Origin: a virus
Lineage: Duplodnaviria > Caudoviricetes
DNA length: 24,459 bases
IMG/VR virus record: IMGVR_UViG_3300009678_000135
Span: 1 to 24,459 of that record
Reading direction: 5' to 3' (one strand)
The stretch's first letter is position 1, and each line of letters opens with the position of its first letter. The position numbers and the translations under genes are program-made. A model generated the notes under the pieces. The model was not told where the DNA came from, did no database searches, and saw only the letters and a list, made by a program, of their open reading frames with translations. Shown one piece after another: positions 24,421-24,459 of the stretch.

Positions 24421-24459
24421 ATGTCGAAGCTGACCGCCGTTGCCGTTCTCGCGCTCGCC
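24421..24459 (+). CDS. Start of a probable exported protein (truncated)
   Basis: GGAGG SD; MSKLTAVAVLALA signal-peptide-like. Confidence 0.5.
   Translation, partial: MSKLTAVAVLALA

Larger units (their letters stand above)
1..24459. mobile_element. Tailed phage (podovirus-like, BPP-1/T7-type head-neck genes) genome segment; no host genes or att sites seen
   Basis: Terminase, portal, capsid, tail tubular, replication initiator and recombination genes in phage-typical order; dense coupled small ORFs. Confidence 0.95.

Noticed and set aside
1-24459. Diversity-generating retroelement as in BPP-1
   Set aside because: No reverse transcriptase or TR/VR repeat pair seen in this window; tail fibre genes lie outside it

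Overview
The whole window is a high-GC tailed-phage segment with two divergent arms meeting at a compact control region (~16.65-17.07 kb). The left arm (minus strand) runs, in transcription order, from a PD-(D/E)XK endonuclease and a lambda-O-like replication initiator with two iteron clusters, through a possible divergent CsrA-like protein, a beta-helix protein, a large putative alpha-toroid enzyme and small membrane proteins. It then continues to TerS, TerL and a BPP-1/T7-like podovirus head-neck module: gp13-like protein, portal, scaffold, major capsid, Bbp16-like cement and tail tubular A/B. The right arm (plus strand) starts with an XRE-HTH regulator flanked by two palindromic operators. 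A near-consensus sigma70 promoter then drives an early operon of small ORFs plus a Cas4/RecB-like exonuclease, Sak4-like ATPase and SSB-like recombination module. Most genes are coupled by ATGA/GTGA/TGATG overlaps, which I used to refine starts and find small ORFs missing from the ORF track. The most unusual signals are: (1) three similar three-way-junction RNA elements with C/U-rich anti-SD-like loops in the early operon; (2) a CsrA-like ORF followed directly by a GGA-hairpin array; (3) a tripartite motif shared by two left-arm leaders; (4) a glycan-degrading-like cassette at the position usually held by lysis genes. No integrase, tRNA, CRISPR array or canonical endolysin was seen. All family assignments come from motif recognition by eye, not database searches.
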